64,000 bases of DNA, taken from NCBI GenBank assembly GCA_050084985.1, contig JBITNC010000001.1, positions 148,986,001 through 149,050,000 on the forward strand. Reading direction: 5' to 3'. Source of the stretch: Nageia nagi (Eukaryota > Plantae > Pinophyta). The position numbers and the translations under genes were made by a program. Within the stretch, counting starts at the first letter, position 1. Every line of letters starts with the position of its first letter. The notes beneath the pieces were generated by a model. That model was not told where the DNA came from and searched no databases. It was given only the letters and a program-made list of their open reading frames with translations. Below are positions 12,694-24,135 of the stretch, piece by piece.

Positions 12694-13857
12694 GGAATAA
12701 GGGCATTAAATACACCTGTCCCCCTTGAAAGAGAATTATCTGATTCACTATAAATGTAAAGAGTCAGATGTATTTGGGAGTTGCAATGAAATTGAGCAGA
12801 AAAGCTAAAATAAAGGCTTGCAAATCCTAGGATCCCCATAAGCGAGTTCATAAAATTTTTCAATAACTCAAAATTTTTGAAGGACTTTTTTATATTAAAA
12901 GATGAGAAAATTATTCATCTTTATGACTGAAGTTACAGTTTTATTTGTCACATTAAGAATCTTGCAGCTAATTGGAGGAACAAGAACCATTTTTCATCTA
13001 TAAAGAGACACGTATCACTATTGTTTATATTTCAATCAACAAACTAAGACACGGCAAGTCATTTATATCAATGTTTGATCTTCAAATTTCAGTTTTTTTT
13101 TTTTTAATAATTTATAGTTATGAATAAGGTCAAACAGGGATGGACAGAATTGAAAGTTGATAATATTCAAGCAGAATGTGAATATTTACTAAATGAAGAC
13201 TGTCTGCATATATATATATATATATATATATTCATATACACACATGCCAATAGAACCACAAGCACATGTACGTAGATGGAGGTACAATGCGCAAAGCAGA
13301 CTTATGTTTTTAAAAATTGCTGGCTATGTTAATCCATTTATTAAACAGAAGATATGTCACCGGTGTACCTATGCTGGGTATTCTCTTAGATTGCTAGAGT
13401 AATCTGTACTGGGTACTTAATTAGCTCTAGCCTCTGTTGCATGATAGCAAGAGAAAGCTTCTTCACTAATTATTCACCTTGAGCTACATTGTCTTTTCTG
13501 TTAAGCATCGTGTCATCAGTACTTATGGATATTACTTAAACTAATGTATGGGAGTTAAATGTATACATTCAATATATGCCCTCGTTCTACTTTTCCTGTG
13601 ATGTCATTATGTTCCTTGCTGACATTTATTGTCATATACGTTTTTCGTGGTATCATTTCATTTCAAATGAGGTAATTCAATCTTTTACTTCATTAGAGGG
13701 ATTCTTTTTTATTTATTATGCATGGCTTTAATGGTCCCTTTTAATCTACAAATTACTGACCATGACAGATTCTAGTTAGAGTTGTGAATTACAGGATAAT
13801 ATTTTGACAAAAAAGAGAGAAACAATGAACTAATGTTTTATGTGGTTCTATCCTCAG

Positions 13858-14013
13858 GGATACATGAATCAGTACATGGCATCAGTTGAGGGATCTTCAA
13901 AGAAAGAAAACCTGGATTTCAAATTTTTCAGGGCGCTTGTGAAGCTGAGGTGTCTTCAAGCAGATAGGGAATCAACTACAAATTCCTATGAGGCGACAAA
14001 GATGCTTCAGCAG
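13858..14013 (+). CDS. PRKDC: DNA-PKcs internal coding exon (FAT region)
   Basis: Acceptor ttctatcctcAG|GGA (13857/13858) and donor CAG|GTtggc (14013/14014). 156 bp = 52 codons, open, phase 0/0 (GYMNQYMAS...KMLQQ). Joins in frame to the terminal exon at 19170. The protein match of this exon alone is weak; the call rests on the splice sites and phase. Confidence 0.72.
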
Positions 14014-17000
14014 GTTGGCTTGATTTGCTGGTTGTACAAACCATATAAGTGTTTGATATTAATTTCACTGATTTTGCTTTATGTGGCTAACGTAAAGGAT
14101 GTATGTACTGTTCTTGTTGAATAAATAACATGAAACAATATGCTGCACCAAAATAATTCTTATGTGTTTGGCAAAGAACATAGTTAAATAGGACCAAATT
14201 ATCTGTCTAAGTTTTTTGGATGCAGGTTCTAGGTTTGGAAGAGCCATAATAGTTTGGATTTTTTTTCCTCAGGATTGCTAACCATTTATTAGGATCATAT
14301 ATTGTTCATCAGTTTTCATGTTTGAAAATTTGAGTTTCAATTAACCAAAATTAGAAAGAAATTTAAAATTTTATTTTCTTACAGAATCTGCATCACAGAA
14401 TAGAATGAAAATTGAAAAATTATCCAGCCCACCTTGTTTCACTCTCTTGTTATAAGTTGTGGGCTGCAAACAACAGATCCTCATCAACAGTTTGCCACCA
14501 CCTGATTAACTGGCCAACCGAATCAACTATTAACTGAGTCAATCGTCAAGGATACAATTTAATGGAAAATTTGCAAATGTATGCTGTAATGATTCTAGTG
14601 ATTGCACAAATTGCTGATTAGTATCAAGGTCTCATGTATGGACTGCTCTGTTTGATTGTTTTCTTGGACTGAATGCCACCTTGGGCGAGTCACCTATTGT
14701 AGGCAATGTCTTAACCTATCTTCTGTATTTTAAATGGTTTCTAATGTTATAGGATTTCCTTTAGACAATGAGTATGAGCCTATGAGATATTGCAGTATAT
14801 AAGAATCCACAAATAAAATTGCATAGAAAGTACATCAAAAAGGTCAGAAAAGGCCATGTTGTTGCCCTCTTTGAACATAGGCAAGAAGTGCCAACATAGC
14901 ACTGACATCAATGAATCAACATGATTCCTGGAAACTTCCAGTTTGGCTGTAACCTGAGCAACACTATTGATGTAAATACAGTTTTTTTTCCAAGTTAGTG
15001 TAATAGGAGTACTTAAGAAAGGTGCAGTTGTGGAGTAATGTCTATCGGTTTGCATCATAGTAGTTATACTTGGACTCGGCAAGCCAGTTGACTTGTGAAA
15101 AACTCAGACTTGGAAAAACTTGGCAAAAAAAACTGAAAAATATGCAAAACAATTTTTTTTTACATATAAAAAAATTATTTTTAAGTCATCTCTCAACATT
15201 TCACATCAAAGAACACAATAGAAAGTAAATTTCAGTATTTTGTATTAATTATCAAGATCCAAAATACATTACAATTTTACAAAACAAAATCGGCTTCTCA
15301 TTTTCCCTTTGCTCTTTACCTTCTCTTTTGCTATTCTACTACTCTTGGTTACTGTTGGTGGTGGGGATGCCTCTTGTGCTTGCGATGCTTTTGTTGGTCG
15401 TGCCTCTTCCTCTGCCGTTGCAATAGCTTGAGCCTTGTTGTTCCAAGGCTTCAAAATCCTAAATCTGAACTCAAAAAAAGGATCCACTTCCGGTTGTTCT
15501 GAATCTTCTGATATTCAATCAGATTGTGGATCAATTGCATCCAACTCAATCGCCTCATGATTGGTTCCTTGAATTTTCTTGTGGTGAAGGCAAAGTAATA
15601 ATGCACAAATAGCAAATTGTTCAAGCATTGCTGAGTGAGTTGCTTGTTCTTTTTTCAGTTTATATGCTCAAAGGTTCTCCAATTTTGCTCACATCTTGAA
15701 GCACTTGACAGTTGACACAAAATTTTGATTGCTAGCTTTTGTAGATTTGGCATCTTAGCACCACAATCTTCCCACCATAGATCGGAAAAAGTAAAAATAT
15801 GAAGAACTAAGAAAATCTGTTTTTTGTATTATTATTGAACAATTCTCTAAAATAAAATACATTTTATGTAACAAACTTGTGTTTTACTTGGAGCTTGCAT
15901 TATTCTTTTGCAAAGGCATTGTGGAGACATGAGGAGGTAGCCTTTTGCCTTCTTGTAAATTTGTATCTCAGCCGGGATAGTAGATTGATCATTGACCATA
16001 CGTTGAATGCACATTTGAAGGCCTATTGAAACATCCTCATCTGTCTCAAATGTATCTTCATATAAAAATTCACAATTCAATTATTACCCTGTTGCATGTA
16101 ATGGCCTGTGAAACTGATTTGACCATCTATGGTCAATGATGTCCCGAATGGGATGGTATCTTCTCTTGTCATGGCTATGAAAGGAATTTATGGTCCGCTT
16201 TAGCCCTATCCATCGCCTCGTAAATGTACCCCATAGGGGATTTATCTTAGTCAACGAGGCAAAGCACTCTCACCAAGGGCTTAGAAAACTGCAATGCAAT
16301 TAATGGAAAATTAAATTAAAATTGAAAACTTTAATTATTATGATATCTCAAATTCTTATTTGAATAATGTCATGTGATGCCTTCAAAAGGCATCATCAAA
16401 AACCCATTTGATGATGTTCATTTTGTTCATCTCATGTGCATATTTAGAGCTTGATCATTTGTTTCTCACAAATCCTTGTTTTAGTGCACCTTTTGAGTCA
16501 TATAAACTCTATAATGAAATAAATGTTGTGATAATGCATGTAATACCTGGATGCACAAGTGACAAACATTGGTTTCAGGGTTTCAAGTTTCAATGCACAA
16601 TTTGAGTTATATAGTTATTGACTCTGCAATGAAAATGAAATAAATGAGAGGGCAAAATTTGTAATACTTGGACATACAAGCTCCTTGCCATCTATAGAAT
16701 TTGATCTCATCATGTTGAGGAGGTATGCATGATTGTAAATGTATTTGGTTATGCATTTGGTCTTTTTCCACAACCTCCTTCACCCAATCAATTTTCCCAA
16801 TATCCTCAATAATTAAATCAAGGCAATGGGCAATACACAAACTCCAAAAAATTGATAGGTATCTCTTCTCAACAAGTTTGCTTGCTAATACATAATAACA
16901 TATGCACCGACATTATCTGTTATCACTTGCACCACATTCTCAGCACTCACCTCTAAAATGACTTTAATCAACTTGAATAAAGTGTCAGTATTTTTTATTT

Positions 17001-19169
17001 TTCGATGCATCCATAGATTTCAAGAACACAAGACCCCTTGTAGAAGAAACCAAAAATTTAATTAGAGTCTTGCCCCTTCCATTGATCCAATTGTCACTCA
17101 AAATGTTGTGGCCCTTCTTCCAAATCTTTCTCTGCTCATTAATGAGGAGGTTAATATCATAAGCAGCCTCATGAAGCAGCAGGCCTCAAAGATTATAGTA
17201 GCTAGGTGTGTTGAACCCCGCACCACAAATTGAAATGACATTCACCATATATTCTCAATTTGGCGATCTTGCCACATCAAGTGAAATGTTTGAAAAGTAC
17301 CAAAATTGGCACATGCCTTTCTACTTCCTGTATTTTGTCCCTATTCCATGCAGTTGCCTCAAGGGGGGATTGGCTATAAAGAGTGGAATGGGAGGCAAGA
17401 AAATCACATATTATGGCACCTGATGCAACTACAGAAGATCCCTGTTTAATCCTAGTGCCTATGTCATTTATGTTTGTGTTCTCTTTATCAAGTTTTTGTT
17501 TTCTTCAAAAGCTTCTAACAGTGCATTGATTTCTCATTGCACTTCAAGTTCAACTTAATTGCAGAAGTTGACATCACTGTCAAGGATTCTGGGACGGTGA
17601 TACTTCATTATATTTGGACCCCATAAATGCATGCATTGTAATATTTACAAATAGTTGTGTTTTGTTTCAGAGTCAGTTTGCAATGCTTCCAAATAGGGTC
17701 TGCTTTATGTGATTATGTGCCTGCTGTCCCTTTGGAGCTCACGTTTGAAGTTTGAATTTTCTAATCCTACAGTTGCAAGGAAAAAAACTAATAAAAAACA
17801 ACCTATGTTTCAGAGTTTCTTGAAATTTCAACATTTCTTTATTAGTTAAAAACTATGTTTAGGTCCTTAGGAAACATATTTGCAAGACAAAAATAAATTT
17901 TAGAATGTTTACATATAAAACCATAAAACAAAACCCTTAAATGGATGAAAACAACAAACAACTCACCAAGCTAGACTGCAGATGAAGAAATTGAGTGAAA
18001 AACTTGTAAAATGTGCTTGTTTTCTGGTTTGGAAACCGTTTTCCCCTCTGTGTTCGCAGCAGCAGTGAAAGCGCAAAAAAAATCTGATTTGCACTTTTAA
18101 CAGTCAATATTTCTTTTCTGCTGATTGTGAGTTTTCTGATGATTACTTGCTGGAAAACTGCAAAAAGATCTGTACTCACGAATCAGCCAATAAACAGATT
18201 ACTTGCCAAGTTTGGTAACTATGGTTTGCATTGTAGACCTTTTCAACACACTTGTTTTTTCATCATTGCCAATCACAAAAGTGTTGCCATTTGTGTTATG
18301 ATGAAATTGACAATTTTAAAGGGCTCTAGAAATATGGGAAGTTAAAAGAACAATTCAGTCACAAGCTATTACCAAGAGAAATCTTTAGTAAATATTTAAC
18401 AAGGTTTAATTACCTGTCATGGAAAGAAACATGTAATGCAGTCCTTCAACAGTAATATGAGCTTCTTGCAAGATTGTTTTAACAAAACTATCCTGGGCAA
18501 TGCTTACAGTTTACCAAAAGAAATACGTATCAATGACTCAATACAGAACCACATAAAGATTACTTCACAAATTTAGAAAACCTCCAATTTTGTCAAGAAT
18601 TTTGGGGTAATCTGAGGGAAATATGCTTCCCAGTTTGGCAGGCACCCATTTTTGTTCTTGATTTATAATGCCACAAGCATTTTCAAATTGAAACCACATA
18701 TAAGTCTTTATGATTCTTTTTTACATGAGCTTTCTCTCCTCGTCTTCGGTCATGGGTTCGTACCATGGCATCTAAGTTTATGGTTGTATGCAAATCTACA
18801 TATGTAGTCTCTGTCACATGGGACTTGTGAAAGTGAATGATTAGTAAAACTTCCATTTATAAGGCATGTTATCCTGAAATAGACATTGATCTAAATACAT
18901 TTTCTGCAATGTCAGTCTCTGTCAGTCTCATGTACGGTGTTAAATACATTTTCTGCAATGTCATTCAGTTTTGAAATACCTATTTCTGTAAAGGATTTTG
19001 GTTCTTTGGTCTACAGTCTCTTCAATTTTACGGCTAATGTTCTTTAAAAAGAAGGGATTTAAGCTAACGAGGCTTTCACATGTCTTCCTCAGTGTTACAT
19101 ATCATGAAAATATGTTTTCCTTCTAACATTAAGAAAACTGAAAATCATTATTCTGTACACTTATTGCAG
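14014..19169 (+). other. GT-AG intron of DNA-PKcs (5156 bp) containing a hAT insertion
   Basis: GT at 14014 and AG at 19168-19169; phase-0 join Q|V. Confidence 0.7.
15056..18223 (-). mobile_element. hAT-superfamily DNA transposon (DUF659-type transposase), full-length but decayed
   Basis: 8-bp TSD GTTTGCAT at 15048-15055 and 18224-18231. Imperfect TIRs CATAGTAGTTATACTTGG / CATAGTTACCAAACTTGG (13/18). Minus-strand transposase fragments CIAHCLDLIIEDIGK (16607-16840) and EFLYEDTFETDEDVSIGLQMCIQRM (15847-16080), broken by stops and frameshifts. Confidence 0.92.
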
Positions 19170-21731
19170 GTGCATGAATATGTTTCTAAGACGGATCAAA
19201 AGCAGAAATATCAAACACAAATACAATGGCGAACTGGTTTAAAATTACTCAAAGGAGATGTAACTTCCCAGCTAGCACGGGTTTCTTTAAAATGTTTACC
19301 AGTAGATCATTGTAGCTCAGGTGCAGTTGAAAACTGCATTTTTCTAATAAGTTCTGCGTACCAAGCATATATGGGGTTGCTTGGGGAAGTAGAAAATGTC
19401 AAACAACATGAAAAGGACATTCTATTTTCCCCTAAGAAGCTTGCAAAAGTTTTTCTCAAGTTTGCATTCTTCTGTGATGAGCTTCTTGCTTGTACAAAAT
19501 ATGCACATTGGGACTGTCAGATCCAATCTAGAATTGTAGAGGGCAATCCTTCAACAGGTTTACCATGTTCATCCGTATACCCTTCCCTTGTTGTAAAATA
19601 CATAATGAAAGCTGTACAGTTGGATAATTCGATGGGAGTTCAGCATGGTATTGCAAGAGTGCTGACAATGCTAGGCCATTACAAAGAAACTCATCCAGAG
19701 TTCATCACACAAATAAAGAATACACCTTGCTGGTTGTTTATAGCTTGGATACCTCAGATGCTTGCTGTTGTTGATAGAGATGAGGGAGGAATCCTTGTTG
19801 GCTTGCTGGAAGACATTGCTCAAAATTATCCACAATCTTTATATTTTCCTTTCAATGTCAGCAAATCAGATTTTGGAACTGTGGGGCGAGAAAGAACAAG
19901 AAGATTGGAAATTCTTTTGGACAATCCAGTTATGAAGGGATTCACTTGTGCTCTCGAGGACCTCACATTTCCAGAGCAGCGCCTGTGTAATGCCCTTAAC
20001 CATATAAAGAATTTTTTAAGTGTAGGAGATCAAAAAGGGGCTCAGAAAGCATTTCATGACATGCATGTAGATTGTTTAGATGTCAGATCCATGTTGGATG
20101 ACAATAGAAAGTCAGGGGAGTATAATCTTAAGTTTGCCCGTGATTATTCAAAAAGGATATTGAAGGCATTTGGTGAGAATGGAAGTAAGCTGAAATCCAT
20201 GGATGAAAGACATTTTTCTGAAGCTGTCAAAGATGTTATGATCAACTTGATGAACAGTAAGAATAAGTTGCAAGTTGGAAAGATCAGCTTGAGCTCTCTT
20301 TCGAAATGGATGTCTGATTTTGATGGGACTTATTCATCTGTATACAACAGGGAAGAATATAATAAGACAGTTATTGAAGTCCCTGGAAGTTATTGCAGTT
20401 TTAAGAAGCCAGAGCCCATTCATCACGTAAAGTTAATGAGTTTTGATCAGACTTTGCTCTCTTTGAGCTCCAAACAGCGGCCTAAAATTTTAAAAATGCG
20501 AGGATCAGATGAACAGGACTACAAGTTTGTCGTCAAGGGAGGAGAGGATTTAAGATTAGACCAGAGGATTGAACAGCTGTTTGATGTCATGAATACAGTC
20601 TTATTCAGAGATTCAACTTGTGCAAAGAGGAAGCTATCTCTACGGACATATGCAGTCATTCCTATTACAAAGCAGTGTGGTATTATGCAATTTGTTGAGG
20701 GTACTACTGTTTTGGAAGATGTGATCAAGGATGGGTTGGTATACAGAATGCCAAGCACCGGGCAACACGTTTCAAGGCAGGGAAGGAATACACCAATGGA
20801 CCTTCTGTTTCACTTGCGCAGCCAATACATGGAGTGGATATTAAAGAAGGGAGCTTCAAAAAGTCATTCTGAAAGCTACACTAATATGTATAGGAAAGTT
20901 GAAGCAGAGGAAGTCACGCAGAAAATGACTGCTTTGATTTCTCAGTTACCTTGGGATGCCCTTAAAACTGGCATTTCAAGACTGGCAACAAGTGCTGAAT
21001 CCTTTCTTGCTTTGCGATCTCGATTTGTTCAAAGCTTATCTGTCTTGAGTGTATGTGGCTATATTGCTGGGGTTGGAGACAGGCACTTGTCAAATTTTTT
21101 GATGGACACAAAAAATGGAATGCTTGTTCCTATTGATTTTGGTTATAGCTTTGGTACAGGTGTGATTCTTTTGCCGGTTCCTGAATTAATACCATTCAGG
21201 CTAACTACTCAATTTATAAATTTACTTAAGCCTTTAGATTCTATTGGGTTGCTTCGGAATGACATGGTTCATACATTGTCTGCTCTGCATGCTAATCGTG
21301 AAATCATCTCAGCAGTATTAGATGTTTTTGTGAATGAGCCATTAGTTGACTGGAAAAATGAAGCCATGAAAACTGCAACCATGCAGCAGCCAGAACTCTC
21401 AGAAGGTGATTCTGAAAGCCAGCCTCCTCAAGTAAGTTCACATGAGCAGCAACATGTTGCACTAAAGATTGAAAATGCTCATCGTAAACTTAATTTATGG
21501 AACCCAGCAGACATTACCATATCTGAGCTCCACTCTTCAATTCATTCCTGCAAACCCTATTTATCTGACCTGGAAAAAATTGTCCGTGGAAACACACAGA
21601 AAAATATCCGTGCTCGTATTCAAAGAAGGGTGTGTGAATCTATACAGGAACAAGTAGACTGTCTGATTGATCAGGCCACAGATCTTAATCTTCTTGGTCG
21701 CATTTGGGTTGGATGGCAACCCTGGCTCTGA
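19170..21731 (+). CDS. PRKDC: DNA-dependent protein kinase catalytic subunit, terminal exon (FAT end, FRB-like, PI3K-like kinase, FATC)
   Basis: Acceptor ttattgcAG|GTG at 19169/19170, in frame with the 883-aa ORF. DNA-PKcs-type motifs: FCDELL, YPSLVVKYIMKA, PCWLFIAWIPQM, NYPQSLYFPF, VKGGEDLRLDQRIEQLF, GVGDRHLSNF, IDFG..FG...LPVPELIPFRLT, DVFVNEPLVDW, NIRA, QVDCLIDQATDLNLLGRIWVGWQPWL-stop. No internal stops or frameshifts. Confidence 0.96.
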   Translation: MHEYVSKTDQKQKYQTQIQWRTGLKLLKGDVTSQLARVSLKCLPVDHCSSGAVENCIFLISSAYQAYMGLLGEVENVKQHEKDILFSPKKLAKVFLKFAFFCDELLACTKYAHWDCQIQSRIVEGNPSTGLPCSSVYPSLVVKYIMKAVQLDNSMGVQHGIARVLTMLGHYKETHPEFITQIKNTPCWLFIAWIPQMLAVVDRDEGGILVGLLEDIAQNYPQSLYFPFNVSKSDFGTVGRERTRRLEILLDNPVMKGFTCALEDLTFPEQRLCNALNHIKNFLSVGDQKGAQKAFHDMHVDCLDVRSMLDDNRKSGEYNLKFARDYSKRILKAFGENGSKLKSMDERHFSEAVKDVMINLMNSKNKLQVGKISLSSLSKWMSDFDGTYSSVYNREEYNKTVIEVPGSYCSFKKPEPIHHVKLMSFDQTLLSLSSKQRPKILKMRGSDEQDYKFVVKGGEDLRLDQRIEQLFDVMNTVLFRDSTCAKRKLSLRTYAVIPITKQCGIMQFVEGTTVLEDVIKDGLVYRMPSTGQHVSRQGRNTPMDLLFHLRSQYMEWILKKGASKSHSESYTNMYRKVEAEEVTQKMTALISQLPWDALKTGISRLATSAESFLALRSRFVQSLSVLSVCGYIAGVGDRHLSNFLMDTKNGMLVPIDFGYSFGTGVILLPVPELIPFRLTTQFINLLKPLDSIGLLRNDMVHTLSALHANREIISAVLDVFVNEPLVDWKNEAMKTATMQQPELSEGDSESQPPQVSSHEQQHVALKIENAHRKLNLWNPADITISELHSSIHSCKPYLSDLEKIVRGNTQKNIRARIQRRVCESIQEQVDCLIDQATDLNLLGRIWVGWQPWL

Positions 21732-24135
21732 TATGGAAAGAAAATACTGCAAAGTCAAATGGTTTCAAATTTTTTTATCAATTTATTTTTTGTTTATTTT
21801 GTATGTAACTTGTGTTCACACCAGCATTTGTAGATGTGTTGACAAAATTCTGATTATTGTCTATTTATTCATGGCAATTTTTCGCCTCTGAACTGTTTTC
21901 AAGTGGCCTATCTTACTGTTGACTAATCCTTGAATAACCTATTGACGGTGTAGTAAAAAGTAAAAACAGTATTATCAATATTATTGGATATGTTCAACTG
22001 CTTTTGTTGGTTAATGCCTTGGAACAACAAAGAATTATAGCACATAACTATAATCCTAAGGAAGTAACAATGGTTCCTCAACTACAAGGAGAACTCTGTA
22101 GAGATTTTGAGGTGTAGATTACACTTAGATTTGGCACTTTGGGCCAGTTAGCTGACTGAAATTTGCGGAAACTGGCCCGAGTTAACTCAAAATAATGTGT
22201 GAAATGCTGCAAAACCTAAAGCTGATATGGATTGTTCAACTCTGCCTAAACTTCATAAGATGGTGAGACTGATTTAGATCCGCATCTTACACATCGTTTT
22301 GCCAATCAAGGTTGGGTTGCCCATGCTTAAATCTCTTTTTTTTTTTTTCCAATTTTTTGTCCCCTTTAATTTTAATCGATGAAATTGTTATGGAGGGTGA
22401 CTCTATTAAACATGTTTTCATTTGAAACTTTTTTTTTAAGCATCTAAGGTTGATGAGAAGCTGATAAGCTTGAATAGCATGTTGCCTGCCCATAGTGATG
22501 TATGTCAATGTCAACCTGTGGGTTTTGAATCATTTAGTTCATGTGTAAGTTAATTCCTACAATGATCATGCAACAAAATCTTTGAACATAAAGCTGAGGG
22601 CCAGTAAACCTATTTAGAGACCCTAAGTTTTCTTATGCAATGCAATGGATAAACAGAGAGAACATGGTAAATGATATTTTGTGATAAATAAAAGTAAATG
22701 CGAGAAGAGTCGGGTATCTAGCTGAAAGTGTAATAATTAAATTTCATCTTTTTGATCTAATACATGTAATATTTTTTTAGTTAGGATGGAATCATTATTT
22801 TTTGTAGTTATATTATTAGAATATAATTATTATTTTTTGTGATTTTATTTTACTATTGCATCTCCAAAATGGTTGTTCTGCCACTTCAGCTAAGTGTAAG
22901 CATCATGGAATATACAAATTTAGAATCTGTGGAAGCTTGTCATCAGGCTGATAAGCTTAAATAGCATGTCCACACCACTGTAACTTGTGTTCAACCTATG
23001 TACCATATCTACCATGTTTTCCCAACTTAAGCAGTTTTAGCAAATCCATAAGCAACGTGTAGAAGTTTAGAAGATATAGATTGGGTGTTATAGTTAGATC
23101 TTATGGTACGAGAAGTTTTCTTTATTTCCAATGTGGCTTGATTAGCATGAAAAATGCATTTGCTTTCAAGTCCATGCAATGAGTTTGTTTTATGAGAGTA
23201 CTTCCATTATTTGGTTAATGAGATTGGCTTCAACATTTAGTATTGATGGGAATCTTTTAGATTTTATCCACATGCCTTTGTAGATCAAAAGATTAAAGGA
23301 CTTACATTGTTCATGAAAATTATTCTATTTCATGGATGTTGAAATTGACTTCCAAATAGTTTGATTGGAGGAATTTGAAAGGAAAAATCAATAATCTCTA
23401 TTAAATTATGTAAGGGTTGTAAAATATTGAATATCAAGAAATTTGTATATATAATAGGATTACAAGTAAAATAAAATGTACTAAGCACATGGAAAGCGAG
23501 ATGAACAAACAAGAATTTGGATAGTGTAGGTATAGTAGAGTTTTAGCTATTTAAAATATTTTTATTCAAATGTTTTACTTGATTTATACAAAATATCAAT
23601 TTAGATTCATGTTGAATAAATGAAGGTTAATTTTAATTTATTAACTTAAAATTAATTTGTGAATATTTTATAAAGCATTTTCGATTGTTCATTTCACACA
23701 AAAAAATCATGTAAGCAATTATCACTATAATTTAATATAATAATAATATAACATATTTTTTATTATCATGATAATATTATTGGAATCATTATAATAATAG
23801 TTGAAGTATGGGTGTTTGGTTAAAATTCATTGAAGCACAAAATGCTTTAAGCATTGTAGAATTAGAATGTGGATGTTTTGATTTTGTGGTTGAAGTGGGT
23901 CATTTCAAAATGTTCACATATTAGTCTTGGTATAATTTTTAATAGAATCATTTTTAGAATTATTATTTTCAAGATCCCTCAAAATCATTTCTATAAATAT
24001 TCAAATTGATTACAGTTATGGTTTATCTTCCATTGTTCATCAATAATCTTCTAATTCTTTACCATTCAAATAAATTTTTTAATTCAATTTGTTAATATTT
24101 GAAGTTTAAGTTTAAATCTTCCATGTTAAGGGTGT

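Noticed and set aside
19080-19169. Met start of the 883-aa ORF
   Set aside because: Probably intronic read-through: there is a good acceptor at 19169, an in-phase upstream exon, and DNA-PKcs is about 4000 aa.
19170-21731. TOR, ATM, ATR or SMG1 identity
   Set aside because: VKGGEDLR, LPVPELxPFRLT, NIRA and DQATDxNxLGRxW fit DNA-PKcs; TOR has LKGHEDLR, ATM DDLRQD and ATR DDLRKD.
20519-21891. Small overlapping and antisense ORFs in the kinase exon and 3' UTR
   Set aside because: Shadow ORFs with no independent support.
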